From contig JBFWVL010000001.1 of NCBI GenBank assembly GCA_050246755.1, forward strand, positions 384,001 to 448,000: a stretch of 64,000 nucleotides of DNA, in the 5' to 3' direction. The translations under genes were made by a program, and so were the position numbers. The notes beneath the pieces are model-generated. The model ran no database searches, was not told the DNA's origin, and saw only the letters and a program-made list of their open reading frames with translations. This DNA comes from Bacteriovoracia bacterium. Its GTDB lineage: Bacteria; Bdellovibrionota; UBA1018; CAIPTA01. This document shows, one piece after another, positions 30,763 through 39,691 of this stretch; the stretch's first letter is position 1, and every line of letters begins with the position of its first letter.

Positions 30763-32192
30763 GCTTCGCTCCCCTTATTGCTCATCAAAATTTTCCGCTT
30801 ACCGCTATACATCGGCTTAAAATAAAACATGGAGATAATCCCGAGCACGATCATCAGCGAGCCCGCATACTTGGTATAGCGGCCGGGGTCGTAATTTACC
30901 GAGAGCACCGAGGTCCGAGGCGTTCCATCGGGATCGGTATCATAGCTGGCCTGGTAAAACGTGAAGCCGCCGTGGTGAAGCGGGGAATTCATGCTGATCT
31001 CGTGTTTTTGTCCGGCCACTTCCACTTCGCTCATGAAAGACTTGGGTTTCGTAGTCCCCTCATAAAAACCGATATTGAATTTATTCAATTTCAGGTCGAA
31101 TCCGAGATCCGCTTGCTTTCGCGTATACTGCACGTAATAAACCGCGTCGCCCACCGAAATTTGCCCGTAAGCTCCCAGCTCCAACCAAATTTTCTCATTC
31201 CCCAGCCCTACCTCGATCGCCTGAAATGGCTCGAATCCGGGGATGGGCTTTTCCAGCGGGCGGTATTCGGCTTTGGGCACGGCCGAAGCGTGGTATTCCT
31301 CGAGAGTGAATTCGAAGTCCATCCAGCCAAGAGGAATCGCCTTTTGCAAAGTAGCGCGCCCTAGCTCGCGGAATTTTTCTCCGGCCTTGGCCACCGCCAA
31401 GCGCGGCGGCGCGAGCGTTTTGCCCTCGAGGTAGAGCATTAGCGTGGGCTTTTCCGGCACGGTATTCAGATCGGGGCGGCCGCGCACGAAACGTACCCGG
31501 GCCGGACCGAGATCTCGGGTAGTTCCCGTATCGGGCTGAAGGAACATCCATTCGCTGAAGTTCGCGCGGCTGCCCGAGAGCCGAAGCTTGAGCGCGGGAT
31601 TCCCGTCCGGAGCCTTCACGTCCTGGGCCTGCACGTCGCGCGTGGCCTGGGGATAAAAGTTCAGGATTTTCAGTTCCTGCTCGGCGCCGGTGTTTTCCTG
31701 AAAACGGATGGTTTCCGGCTTCGCGAGGGGTTTGCGAAGATCGAAGTTCAGGGGACGATTCACCACGAGCTCGTAAGTTTTCCCCTGCACGGCCCGGAAA
31801 ACGTAGAGCATATTTTCATCCATGCGCACGTGCCGGCCCGCCTCCCCTGGAGAGAGCGCAAGAATTCCATCGATACCGGCGCGCTGAGTAACCCAGGAGC
31901 CCAGCAACAGGGTGATGATGCCGAGGTGAGTGATCAAAAATCCGATATGGTGCCGGCGCCACGGCAACCGGCTGAGCGCCACGGCCGCAAGATTCATCAT
32001 AAAAAGCCAGAGGATAATCTCCATCCACCACGACCGATAGACCATTTGCCCGGCCACGGCGGCGCTATAGCGAGATTCGTAGATCGTGCCGGCGGCGAGG
32101 GCTCCGGCCATGACGAGAATAAGAAAAACGGCCAGCTCGAGCGAAGCTAGGAATTCAAAAAATTTATTAAGTACGCGTAGTACCGGGCTCAT
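30759..32192 (-). CDS. resB: Cytochrome c biogenesis protein ResB/CcsB
   Basis: LASLELAV, GFLITHLG, ISMNSPL..GGFTFYQASY, DPGR. Confidence 0.88.
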   Translation of the reverse strand: MSPVLRVLNKFFEFLASLELAVFLILVMAGALAAGTIYESRYSAAVAGQMVYRSWWMEIILWLFMMNLAAVALSRLPWRRHHIGFLITHLGIITLLLGSWVTQRAGIDGILALSPGEAGRHVRMDENMLYVFRAVQGKTYELVVNRPLNFDLRKPLAKPETIRFQENTGAEQELKILNFYPQATRDVQAQDVKAPDGNPALKLRLSGSRANFSEWMFLQPDTGTTRDLGPARVRFVRGRPDLNTVPEKPTLMLYLEGKTLAPPRLAVAKAGEKFRELGRATLQKAIPLGWMDFEFTLEEYHASAVPKAEYRPLEKPIPGFEPFQAIEVGLGNEKIWLELGAYGQISVGDAVYYVQYTRKQADLGFDLKLNKFNIGFYEGTTKPKSFMSEVEVAGQKHEISMNSPLHHGGFTFYQASYDTDPDGTPRTSVLSVNYDPGRYTKYAGSLMIVLGIISMFYFKPMYSGKRKILMSNKGSEA

Positions 32193-32263
32193 TTAGGACG
32201 GATGCTACCACAGAGAATTCTCTGGGCCAGGCCGAAATATCGCTTTCTTCCGCGCAGGAAAAA

Positions 32264-32653
32264 CTATTTTTTAGGAGCGGCAATGGGCGCTGCGCCAGGC
32301 GAGATGGCCTTATCGGCCGCTTCGGTGGCCGTGGCGGTAGCGGGCGTGGGCGCCGCAGAGCCAGGAGCCACCTGCGGTGCACCAGTGGAAGCGGCACCTT
32401 GGTCGAAAATAGAAGTCCGGAGGGATTTCGAGCGAATCACGGTGAGTCCGAGAGAAGTAAGCATGAACGCGGCGGCCAAGCACATCGTGAGCTTGGTGAA
32501 AAAATTGCTGCCGCCGGAAGATCCGAAAAGAGTATTTGCGCCGCCACCGCCGAAACCGGCGCCGAGCCCGCCGCCTTTACCTTGTTGCAAGAGAACCACC
32601 ACTACGAGCACGAGGGCGATCACGATGTGAGCAACGAGGATGAAAGTGAACAT
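32264..32653 (-). CDS. secG: Preprotein translocase subunit SecG
   Basis: VLLQQGKGGGLGAGFGGG, NFFTKLT; follows tpiA. Confidence 0.95.
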   Translation of the reverse strand: MFTFILVAHIVIALVLVVVVLLQQGKGGGLGAGFGGGGANTLFGSSGGSNFFTKLTMCLAAAFMLTSLGLTVIRSKSLRTSIFDQGAASTGAPQVAPGSAAPTPATATATEAADKAISPGAAPIAAPKK

Positions 32654-32666
32654 GGGAACTCCTGAG

Positions 32667-32701
32667 GTCGGTTAGCAGTTGGCGGTTATCGGTTGGCAGC
32701 G
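32667..32701. repeat. Heptamer array; inverted partner of 35740-35774
   Basis: GTCGGTT AGCAGTT GGCGGTT ATCGGTT GGCAGCG. Confidence 0.8.
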
Positions 32702-32750
32702 TAATGGTGGGTTCCACCATGCCATTCTGCCTTTACGCCGTTTAGAATTA

Positions 32751-33515
32751 TCACTCTTTACCGGCAGCGGCAATTGCCAAAAAAGAAGCGGGGTCCAGGC
32801 TCGCGCCCCCTACCAGCACTCCGTCCACGTCTGGCTGCCCCATTAGCTCTGCGCTATTTTCGGGCTTCACGCTTCCCCCGTAGAGAAGATGACAACGCTT
32901 TGCGAAATCCTGTCCCCAGGCCGCAGCGATCTCTTTGCGCAAAAAGGCATGTACTTCCTGCGCCTGAGCGCTCGTTGCGGTGCGGCCAGTGCCGATCGCC
33001 CATACCGGTTCATAGGCAAAAGAAAATCCTTCGGGGCCTTTGGGCGCGAGCGCAAAAAGAGCCTGACACTGGGTGCGAATCACTTCAAAAGTTTTGTTCG
33101 CGTCCCGGTCGGCGAGCTGCTCGCCCACGCAGAAAACCGCTTTCATACCGAAGCGGTGGGCGGCCAAGGCACGTTTCGCCGCGCTTTCATCGGTTTCACC
33201 GAAAAATTGCCGGCGCTCCGAGTGGCCGGCCAACGCGTAACCGCTATCGAAAGAGCGCGCCAGCGCAGGGGCCAGCTCTCCGGTAAACGCCCCCTTTTCT
33301 TCCCAGTGAATATTCTGCGGGCCCCAGCTCAGCCAATGCCCGCCGCCGAGGGCTTTCCACTCGGCTTGGACCAGCGGCAGAAATGGCGCCTGCACGAAAA
33401 TCACCAACTCCGAGCTGGCAAACGAAACGGCGTTGGCGTGCACCGCGCTCAAAAAAGCCTTCACCTCTTCGGCGTTCTTGAACATCTTCCAGTTACCGGC
33501 GATTAATTTTTTCAC
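32751..33515 (-). CDS. tpiA: Triosephosphate isomerase
   Basis: AGNWKM, GHSERR, AYEPVWAIGTG, LVGGASL. Confidence 0.97.
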   Translation of the reverse strand: MKKLIAGNWKMFKNAEEVKAFLSAVHANAVSFASSELVIFVQAPFLPLVQAEWKALGGGHWLSWGPQNIHWEEKGAFTGELAPALARSFDSGYALAGHSERRQFFGETDESAAKRALAAHRFGMKAVFCVGEQLADRDANKTFEVIRTQCQALFALAPKGPEGFSFAYEPVWAIGTGRTATSAQAQEVHAFLRKEIAAAWGQDFAKRCHLLYGGSVKPENSAELMGQPDVDGVLVGGASLDPASFLAIAAAGKE

Positions 33516-34721
33516 TTATTTCTTTCGCAAAATTTCGATGCCCGGAAGCCCGCGGCCCTCGAGGTATTTCAGGCTCGCGCCCCCGCCCGTGCTGAGCAAA
33601 TCGAAACGGCTTTCGAGCCCAAAACCTGCCACGGCCGAAAGCGTATCGCCACCGCCCGCTACTTTTACCGCGCCAGCCTCGGTGATGGCGCGCGCGATCG
33701 CCAGCGTGCCGCCGCTGAAATCAGGCTTTTCAAAAAAGCCCATCGGGCCGTTCCAGAAAATTGTTTTGGCTCCGGCAATCACTTGGGAGAATTTTTCCAC
33801 CGTGTTCGGGCCGATATCGAGGGCCGCGGCCTCGCCAGGAATAACGTCCACGATCGTGGGCGAGGAGAAGTCGGGATCCTTCGAGGGAAATACGATCTTA
33901 TGGTCGATGGGCAGAAAGATTTCCACTTTATGGGCGGCGGCTTTGTCGAGGATGGCCTTGGCGGCGGCGATCCCTTCCACCTCGCACTTGGATTTTCCGA
34001 TCGGGAGATTTTTGGCGGCGAGGAAGGCATAGGCCATCGCGCCGCCGATCACCACTTGGTCCACGAAATTAAGGAGGTGATCGATCGCTTTCAGCTTGTC
34101 GGTCACTTTCGAGCCGCCCGCCACCAAAACGTAGGGATGGGCGGGGCCTTCGATGAGGCGATTGAGAAATTTCAATTCTTTATCGATCAAAAATCCGGCG
34201 GCGGCCTCGGTCATTACGGCGGGCAGGCCGTAAGTGGAAGCGTGTTTGCGATGAGCGGTACCGAACGCGTCGGTTACGTATACGTCGGCGAGCTTGGACA
34301 GCTCCCGGGCGAAGTTTGCGTCGTTCGCTTCCTCTTCGGGATAGAAACGAATATTTTCCAGCAGAATCACCTGGTGCTCTTTCGAGTGGTGAATCATCTG
34401 GTAGACGCCTTCGCCTACGCATTCTTCGGAGAGCAAAACATCTTTATCTAGAAGCTCGGCGAGCCTCTTGGCCACCGGCTCGAGAGAATACTTGGCCGAG
34501 CGCTTCCCGTCGGGGCGGCCGAGGTGAGAGCACACCACTACCTTCGCTCCCTGTTCAAGACAATACTGGATCGTGGGCAAAGCCTCGCGAATGCGGGTAT
34601 CGTCGTCGATTACCTTATTTTCGCCCTCTCCCGAAATCGGCACGTTGAGGTCGAGGCGCAGGAAAACCTTACGCCCCGAAAGTTTCATTTGGGTAACGTT
34701 CCGGATGGAACCGACGCTCAT
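33516..34721 (-). CDS. pgk: Phosphoglycerate kinase
   Basis: RLDLNVP, SHLGRP, DAFGTAHR, WNGPMG, STGGGASL. Confidence 0.97.
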   Translation of the reverse strand: MSVGSIRNVTQMKLSGRKVFLRLDLNVPISGEGENKVIDDDTRIREALPTIQYCLEQGAKVVVCSHLGRPDGKRSAKYSLEPVAKRLAELLDKDVLLSEECVGEGVYQMIHHSKEHQVILLENIRFYPEEEANDANFARELSKLADVYVTDAFGTAHRKHASTYGLPAVMTEAAAGFLIDKELKFLNRLIEGPAHPYVLVAGGSKVTDKLKAIDHLLNFVDQVVIGGAMAYAFLAAKNLPIGKSKCEVEGIAAAKAILDKAAAHKVEIFLPIDHKIVFPSKDPDFSSPTIVDVIPGEAAALDIGPNTVEKFSQVIAGAKTIFWNGPMGFFEKPDFSGGTLAIARAITEAGAVKVAGGGDTLSAVAGFGLESRFDLLSTGGGASLKYLEGRGLPGIEILRKK

Positions 34722-35710
34722 AGTCCTTTTCCCACTAGAACGGCGAGATCCAGGAGGCGGGCGGAATAGCCGCTCTCGTTATCGTACCAGGTCATTACCT
34801 TCACCATGTTTCCGTTTGCCATCGTGAGCTCGGAATCAAAAATGGAGGAGTGAGTGTCGCCGTTGAAATCGGTGGAAACCAGCGGTTCGGCGCTATAGCG
34901 GAAAATTTTCTTCATCGCGCCATCAGCCGCGGCCTTCATCACCTTGTTCACTTCTTCTTTGCTGGCGGGCTTCGCCAATTCCACCGTGAGATCCACGAGG
35001 GAAACGTTCGGCGTGGGCACGCGAATGGCCAGGCCATCGAGCTTTCCTTTGAGCGTGGGCAGCACGAGGCCGATCGCCTTGGCGGCGCCAGTGGAGGTGG
35101 GAATCATATTGATCGCGGCGGCACGGGCGCGGCGGGGGTCTTTGTGGGGAAGGTCCAGCACGTTTTGATCGTTCGTGTAAGAGTGGATGGTGGTCATCAC
35201 GCCCTTCACGATGCCGTAGGAATCGTTGAGTACTTTGGCCACGGGTGCGAGTGCGTTCGTGGTGCAGCTCGCATTCGAAATCACGTGGTGCTTGCTGCCG
35301 TCGTAGGCTTCTTCGTTGATACCGATGCAAATGTTCGCATCCGCGTCTTTGGAGGGAGCCGAGATAATAACTTTTTTGGCTCCGGCGGTCAGGTGAGCCG
35401 CCGCTTTTTCGCGGTCGGTGAAGGCCCCGGTGCACTCCAGCACTACGTCGATTCCCCATTCCTTCCAGGGAAGCTTGGCGGGATCACGCTCCTCGGCAAT
35501 ATGGATCTTTTTGCCCCGGATGAACATTTCGTGACCTTTTACTTCCACGGTTTCTTTCCAGGGGCCGTGCACGGAATCGTAGCGGAGGAGATGCGCATCG
35601 GTTTCGACGGGAGAAAGTGAATTGATCGCAACCACGTCCAAGCCACGTTCGATCGCCAAACGCATTGCTTTTCTGCCGATCCTGCCAAAACCATTAATCG
35701 CAATTCTCAT
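34718..35710 (-). CDS. gap: Type I glyceraldehyde-3-phosphate dehydrogenase
   Basis: INGFGRIGR, SNASCTTN, WYDNE. Confidence 0.97.
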   Translation of the reverse strand: MRIAINGFGRIGRKAMRLAIERGLDVVAINSLSPVETDAHLLRYDSVHGPWKETVEVKGHEMFIRGKKIHIAEERDPAKLPWKEWGIDVVLECTGAFTDREKAAAHLTAGAKKVIISAPSKDADANICIGINEEAYDGSKHHVISNASCTTNALAPVAKVLNDSYGIVKGVMTTIHSYTNDQNVLDLPHKDPRRARAAAINMIPTSTGAAKAIGLVLPTLKGKLDGLAIRVPTPNVSLVDLTVELAKPASKEEVNKVMKAAADGAMKKIFRYSAEPLVSTDFNGDTHSSIFDSELTMANGNMVKVMTWYDNESGYSARLLDLAVLVGKGL

Positions 35711-35739
35711 AATCTCTCCCTATTTCGAATCCATCTCTT

Positions 35740-35774
35740 TACTGCCAACCGATAACCGCCCACAGCCAACAGTT
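35740..35774. repeat. Heptamer array upstream of gap; inverted partner of 32667-32701
   Basis: 35742-35760 CTGCCAACCGATAACCGCC is the exact reverse complement of 32681-32699. Confidence 0.8.
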
Positions 35775-35902
35775 CCTCTATATAATAGCCCCTTATTTCT
35801 TACATGCGGTAAACTACCCGTCAATCCGAATACGGCGCGTCAATGTGCGCTTCCACCGCGGAATCATAGCGGAAGCACCGTCCTATCGGGTAGAGTCTGC
35901 CC

Positions 35903-36913
35903 ATGAGCACCGTCTACTCTCCCTTCATCAACGAACTAAAAGAAAAAACAGAATTCGAAGGCGCATTCCTGGTCAAGATCCTCCAGCTGCACCTGGATAA
36001 AAACGGCCGCCCCTACGCCAACATTATATTGATGGATAAGACCGGGGAAATCGAAGCCCGAGTTTGGGAAAATGCCGATAAGCTAGCGGAGACGTTGCGG
36101 GCCCAAGACGTGGTGCGGATTGCCGGGCGCGTGAACGTCTACCAGGGCCGCCGCCAGGTGGTGGTGGAAGCCGCTGCCAAAGTTCCCGACGGCTCGGTGC
36201 CGATGGACCGTTTCCTTCCCTCGTCGGCCTACGATCTCAATCGTTTATTTGCCGATATGACCACATTATTCGGCTCGCTCGAAGACGAATTTCTGCGCAA
36301 GCTCGCCCTCAATACTCTCGCGGATCCCGACGTAAAGCGCCGGATGATGCGCGCGCCTGCGGCCAAGTCCGTACATCACGCCTACGTGGGCGGCCTGCTC
36401 GAGCATTCGCTCAGCGTTTGCCGCGTACTGGATCTGTTGGCCGGCCATTACCGCAACTACTACGGAAAAGCCGTGAGCCGCGATCTTATGCTGATCGGCG
36501 GGCTCTTCCACGATATCGGAAAAATCTATGAGCTCTCGTTCGAACGAGCCACGGAATATACTAAGGAAGGCCAGCTCGTGGGCCACCACGTGCTCGGGTG
36601 CGAGCTCGTGGATCGCATCACCGCGCAGATCCCGGACTTCCCGCGGGATCTGAAAATCGAAGTGAAGCACCTCATCCTGGCGCACCACGGTAAATTGGAA
36701 TACGGCAGCCCGAAGGTGCCCCATACAATCGAAGCCCTTTTGGTCCACTACATCGACGACCTGGATTCGAAAGTGAATACAATCATGGAATTCGTGGCCG
36801 ACGATACGGGCACGGGGGAATGGACCGGGGTAAATCGCCTGTTTGAGCGCCCGTTCCTGAAATCAAAAGTGAAGCCGGAATTTCGCGGCCCAAGCCCCGG
36901 CCTGGAATCCTAA
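35903..36913 (+). CDS. YhaM/Cbf1-family 3'-5' exoribonuclease (OB fold plus HD domain)
   Basis: DKTGEIEARVW, HHAYVGGLLEH, HDIGK, HHGKLEYGSP. Confidence 0.9.
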   Translation: MSTVYSPFINELKEKTEFEGAFLVKILQLHLDKNGRPYANIILMDKTGEIEARVWENADKLAETLRAQDVVRIAGRVNVYQGRRQVVVEAAAKVPDGSVPMDRFLPSSAYDLNRLFADMTTLFGSLEDEFLRKLALNTLADPDVKRRMMRAPAAKSVHHAYVGGLLEHSLSVCRVLDLLAGHYRNYYGKAVSRDLMLIGGLFHDIGKIYELSFERATEYTKEGQLVGHHVLGCELVDRITAQIPDFPRDLKIEVKHLILAHHGKLEYGSPKVPHTIEALLVHYIDDLDSKVNTIMEFVADDTGTGEWTGVNRLFERPFLKSKVKPEFRGPSPGLES

Positions 36914-37482
36914 TTCAAGCGATCCGGATCATGACCGCCGTCTTCATCGTCGTCTTCGTTCAGTAATTTTTCGAGCATTTCATCCACGTCGTCTTCGTCT
37001 TCTTCGAAACCGGCCTTCTTGAGAAAATCGTCCGCCGCCCGCTCGAGGGCGTAATTGTCTTTATTGATTTTCACGAAGAGGGCGTGCCCCTCCCACTCCA
37101 GTTCCTGCCAAGCGGGATCCAAATCGGTGATCTCTTCAATCACGCCTTCGAGGCCTTTTCCCGACTCCAGGCTCTGGGCAAACCAGCTGGCCGCCACGTC
37201 CACCATCAGCTTCAGGCGTTCCGTAACTTTTTCGGGCTTCTCGGCAGTGTCGGAAGAGAGCTCGGAGGAGATATGCATGCTGGCCGACTGCAAAGATTTG
37301 GGATGCCCCATCGATACGCAGAATATGGCCTCATCGCCGTATAAATCGCCATAAACGAGAAAAGTGGCGCCCTTAAGCTTGGTCTTGAATTGTTTTTTGA
37401 AGAGATCGCTGACCGTTTTTAGGAAATCTTTGGGTAGCGAAGTGGGATTTTTTTTCTGACGTTTACGTGTTGGAAGTCTCAT
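36910..37482 (-). CDS. Hypothetical protein, basic N-terminus and acidic C-terminus
   Basis: GGAG RBS, 190 aa, fills the gap. Confidence 0.75.
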   Translation of the reverse strand: MRLPTRKRQKKNPTSLPKDFLKTVSDLFKKQFKTKLKGATFLVYGDLYGDEAIFCVSMGHPKSLQSASMHISSELSSDTAEKPEKVTERLKLMVDVAASWFAQSLESGKGLEGVIEEITDLDPAWQELEWEGHALFVKINKDNYALERAADDFLKKAGFEEDEDDVDEMLEKLLNEDDDEDGGHDPDRLN

Positions 37483-37521
37483 GCTCCGGTATTACCCCAC
37501 ACAATATGTTATAGTCAAAAT

Positions 37522-37893
37522 ATGAGCTACGACGAAAGCCGCCGCTTTGAACGCACCGAATTCCGCCTCCTCCCCTGGGTATTTACCCTTACATTAGACG
37601 CCCCATTCGCGGGTGACCGCCCTTTACGGGTGGAAGCGCGTAATATCGGGATTGGCGGGATGAAATTTGTGAGCAACCAGCGAATCCCGATTTTTTCCGC
37701 CGTAGAAGTATCTTTTTTCGAAAACCAAACCGGCAAAGAACTCGCGAAGGTGACGGGGAAGGTAATTCGCGTGGAAGAGGTGGATACCGGCCTGGGCGAA
37801 AAAACTTTCGGAATGGCTCTCGAGTTTGCCGAATCCAGCCCGCTACGTTCGCTGCTCGCCGGAGTTCCAACCACTCATTCCAGCCAAGAATAG
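37522..37893 (+). CDS. PilZ-domain protein
   Basis: RRFER (RxxxR), NIGIGGM, GKVIRV...GMALEF. Confidence 0.8.
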   Translation: MSYDESRRFERTEFRLLPWVFTLTLDAPFAGDRPLRVEARNIGIGGMKFVSNQRIPIFSAVEVSFFENQTGKELAKVTGKVIRVEEVDTGLGEKTFGMALEFAESSPLRSLLAGVPTTHSSQE

Positions 37894-39317
37894 TGCCTTG
37901 CCTCCAGTAGATCCTGCTCCGACACATCGCTCCCGCCGCGCAGATCGCTGAGCGTCAGCGAGATCCGGGCCAATGCAGCCCGGCCCGGAGCCTTGTGAGC
38001 TGCCCCTAAGTTCAGCGAGCGTAAGCGCAATAGCGCCTTGGGTTCCCAGTTTTTTGCGTGCAAGGCATCTTCCGCCGAAAGCCTTCCGTTCAATATTCCT
38101 TTTCGCCCGCGCATAAGTGCACGGGCCTGCAATACTCTTTCCGCTAGCGCCGACAAATCAATTTCTTGCTTCTCCCCGGTTTGGGCGAGGCAGTAACGAA
38201 GGTCGAATGGACCCGCCGCCGCCCGTTCCAGGCGCCGCCGGTATTTCTGCAAATCGAGCGGACGGCAACTGCATTTGCCGAAATTTCGTTCTCCGCACTC
38301 GCAGGTGGCCGCGCCGGCAATCACGGTGGCCTCCAGGCTTTCCGTGAATCGGTGCCCTAGACGGCTCCATTCCACTTTCCCGCTTTCCATCCAGCTGAGT
38401 ACTGGCGCAGTCGCCTTCGCCGGCCGTTCGGCAATGCGATCTAAATAAATCACGCCATTCCTGGCAAACAACAGCTCTTCCACCGGATGAACCGCATGAC
38501 TGTGGCTTTCAGTTTTGCTTTCGAACGGAATTTGAATGCAAGCGGGCTCCCCAATGGACATATTTCCGCGTAAACGCGCGAAAAACTCTGATTCCAGGCG
38601 CTCGGCGCGCCCGAGTAAGGGCTGCGCCCGCGCGAGCGCCGAGGCCAAACTCTCCACTTCGGCGGAATCGGGCGCCAAAAGAAGCGCATGATGGCCGCCA
38701 GCGGCCGCAATTTCTAGTAATCGCGCGCCACTTTGGGTTCCGCGCCAAAATTTCGGCGCTTTTTTGCCCGCGGGGTCCGAAAAAATCCGGCAATTTCCTT
38801 TTTTTTCGCCGGTTAGGAACGCAATTACCTCCGCGAGCGTGCGAAAACCACCTCCATGCACCAAATTTGGCTCCGACAACCACGCACTTTCTTCAAATGG
38901 CACGATTGCACCCCGGAATTTTTTGCTGCTAAAGATTTTTTGGGCCGCAAACTCTGAACCGACCGCTTGGATATGCCCATTAAGCCCGAGAGAGCCGCAC
39001 ACGAGCACTTCTTCGAGCCGATTCGAAGGAATTTTCCCGCTCGCCGCGAGAATCGCCAGCGCCATCGCCAAATCGAGATTCTCGAGGGAAAATCCGTGAA
39101 TCCCGGGCTGAAAGCGCACCGTAATTCTCCTCGCGGGGAGACGGCAACCCGCCGATTCGAGCGCCGCGAGCACTCGCTCGCGCATTTCGGCGGCGGAACC
39201 TGCGTTGGAGCCAAGAATTTGCAAATACGGGAGCCTTCGCGACTGCATGCACTCCACTTCAACGGGAATTCCCTGCAATCCGAGCATACCTACACCTTGA
39301 ACGCGAAAATAATTCAT
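37875..39317 (-). CDS. Degenerate YifB/ComM (Mg-chelatase-like) AAA+ protein
   Basis: EMRERVLAAL, RITV, DLAMALAIL, LEIAAAGGH, CECG..CSC, RISLTLSDL; Walker A/B not intact. Confidence 0.75.
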   Translation of the reverse strand: MNYFRVQGVGMLGLQGIPVEVECMQSRRLPYLQILGSNAGSAAEMRERVLAALESAGCRLPARRITVRFQPGIHGFSLENLDLAMALAILAASGKIPSNRLEEVLVCGSLGLNGHIQAVGSEFAAQKIFSSKKFRGAIVPFEESAWLSEPNLVHGGGFRTLAEVIAFLTGEKKGNCRIFSDPAGKKAPKFWRGTQSGARLLEIAAAGGHHALLLAPDSAEVESLASALARAQPLLGRAERLESEFFARLRGNMSIGEPACIQIPFESKTESHSHAVHPVEELLFARNGVIYLDRIAERPAKATAPVLSWMESGKVEWSRLGHRFTESLEATVIAGAATCECGERNFGKCSCRPLDLQKYRRRLERAAAGPFDLRYCLAQTGEKQEIDLSALAERVLQARALMRGRKGILNGRLSAEDALHAKNWEPKALLRLRSLNLGAAHKAPGRAALARISLTLSDLRGGSDVSEQDLLEARHYSWLE

Positions 39318-39436
39318 GCGCGAGCACTCTCACGAGTGATTCCAGGGAAAATTTCCGCACTTATTGAGTGAAAAAAGATTTTTCCGCGCGAAGTTCGGCT
39401 TTCGCACGCGAGGTGGTCCGAACCTCGAACAAATTA

Positions 39437-39489
39437 TTTTTGTGCAAATGATTTTTTTTATTTGCACAAAAAAGTGAAATGCTTATACT
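39437..39489 (+). promoter_or_regulatory. sigma70-like promoter overlapped by a perfect 13-bp inverted repeat
   Basis: TTTTTGTGCAAAT-N10-ATTTGCACAAAAA (39437-39472); TTGCAC (39462)-N16-TATACT (39484). Confidence 0.65.
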
Positions 39490-39495
39490 TTTACT

Positions 39496-39580
39496 TGAAC
39501 GGTTGAATTGAGTTCTAGAACAGAGCTCAAAGCAGTAGTTAAAGTTGTTACAGTGGAAGCGGATCGCTGCAACCGATTCA
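39496..39580 (+). ncRNA. Candidate structured 5' leader or small RNA
   Basis: TGAACGGTTG (39496-505) pairs with CAACCGATTCA (39570-580); inner hairpin TTGAGTTCT/AGAGCTCAA. Confidence 0.4.
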
Positions 39581-39597
39581 TAAGAAGGAGACCTCAG

Positions 39598-39675
39598 ATG
39601 GCTGCTAAGAAAAAAGCTACGAAGAAAAAAGCTACCAAGAAAAAAGCTACCAAGAAAAAAGCCAAAAAGAAGTAG
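39598..39675 (+). CDS. 25-aa Lys-rich histone-H1/protamine-like micro-protein MAAKKKATKKKATKKKATKKKAKKK
   Basis: RBS AAGAAGGAG, ATG 39598, TAG 39675, 15-bp repeat with synonymous variation, own promoter and terminator; below the ORF-track cutoff. Confidence 0.85.
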   Translation: MAAKKKATKKKATKKKATKKKAKKK

Positions 39676-39691
39676 TTCTAGGCTTATTCTA

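Noticed and set aside
32193-32263. tRNA often found after secG
   Set aside because: No cloverleaf or T-loop GTTCGA motif visible.
37875-39317. Calling the yifB-like gene a pseudogene
   Set aside because: No frameshift or internal stop across 480 codons; kept as a degenerate CDS.
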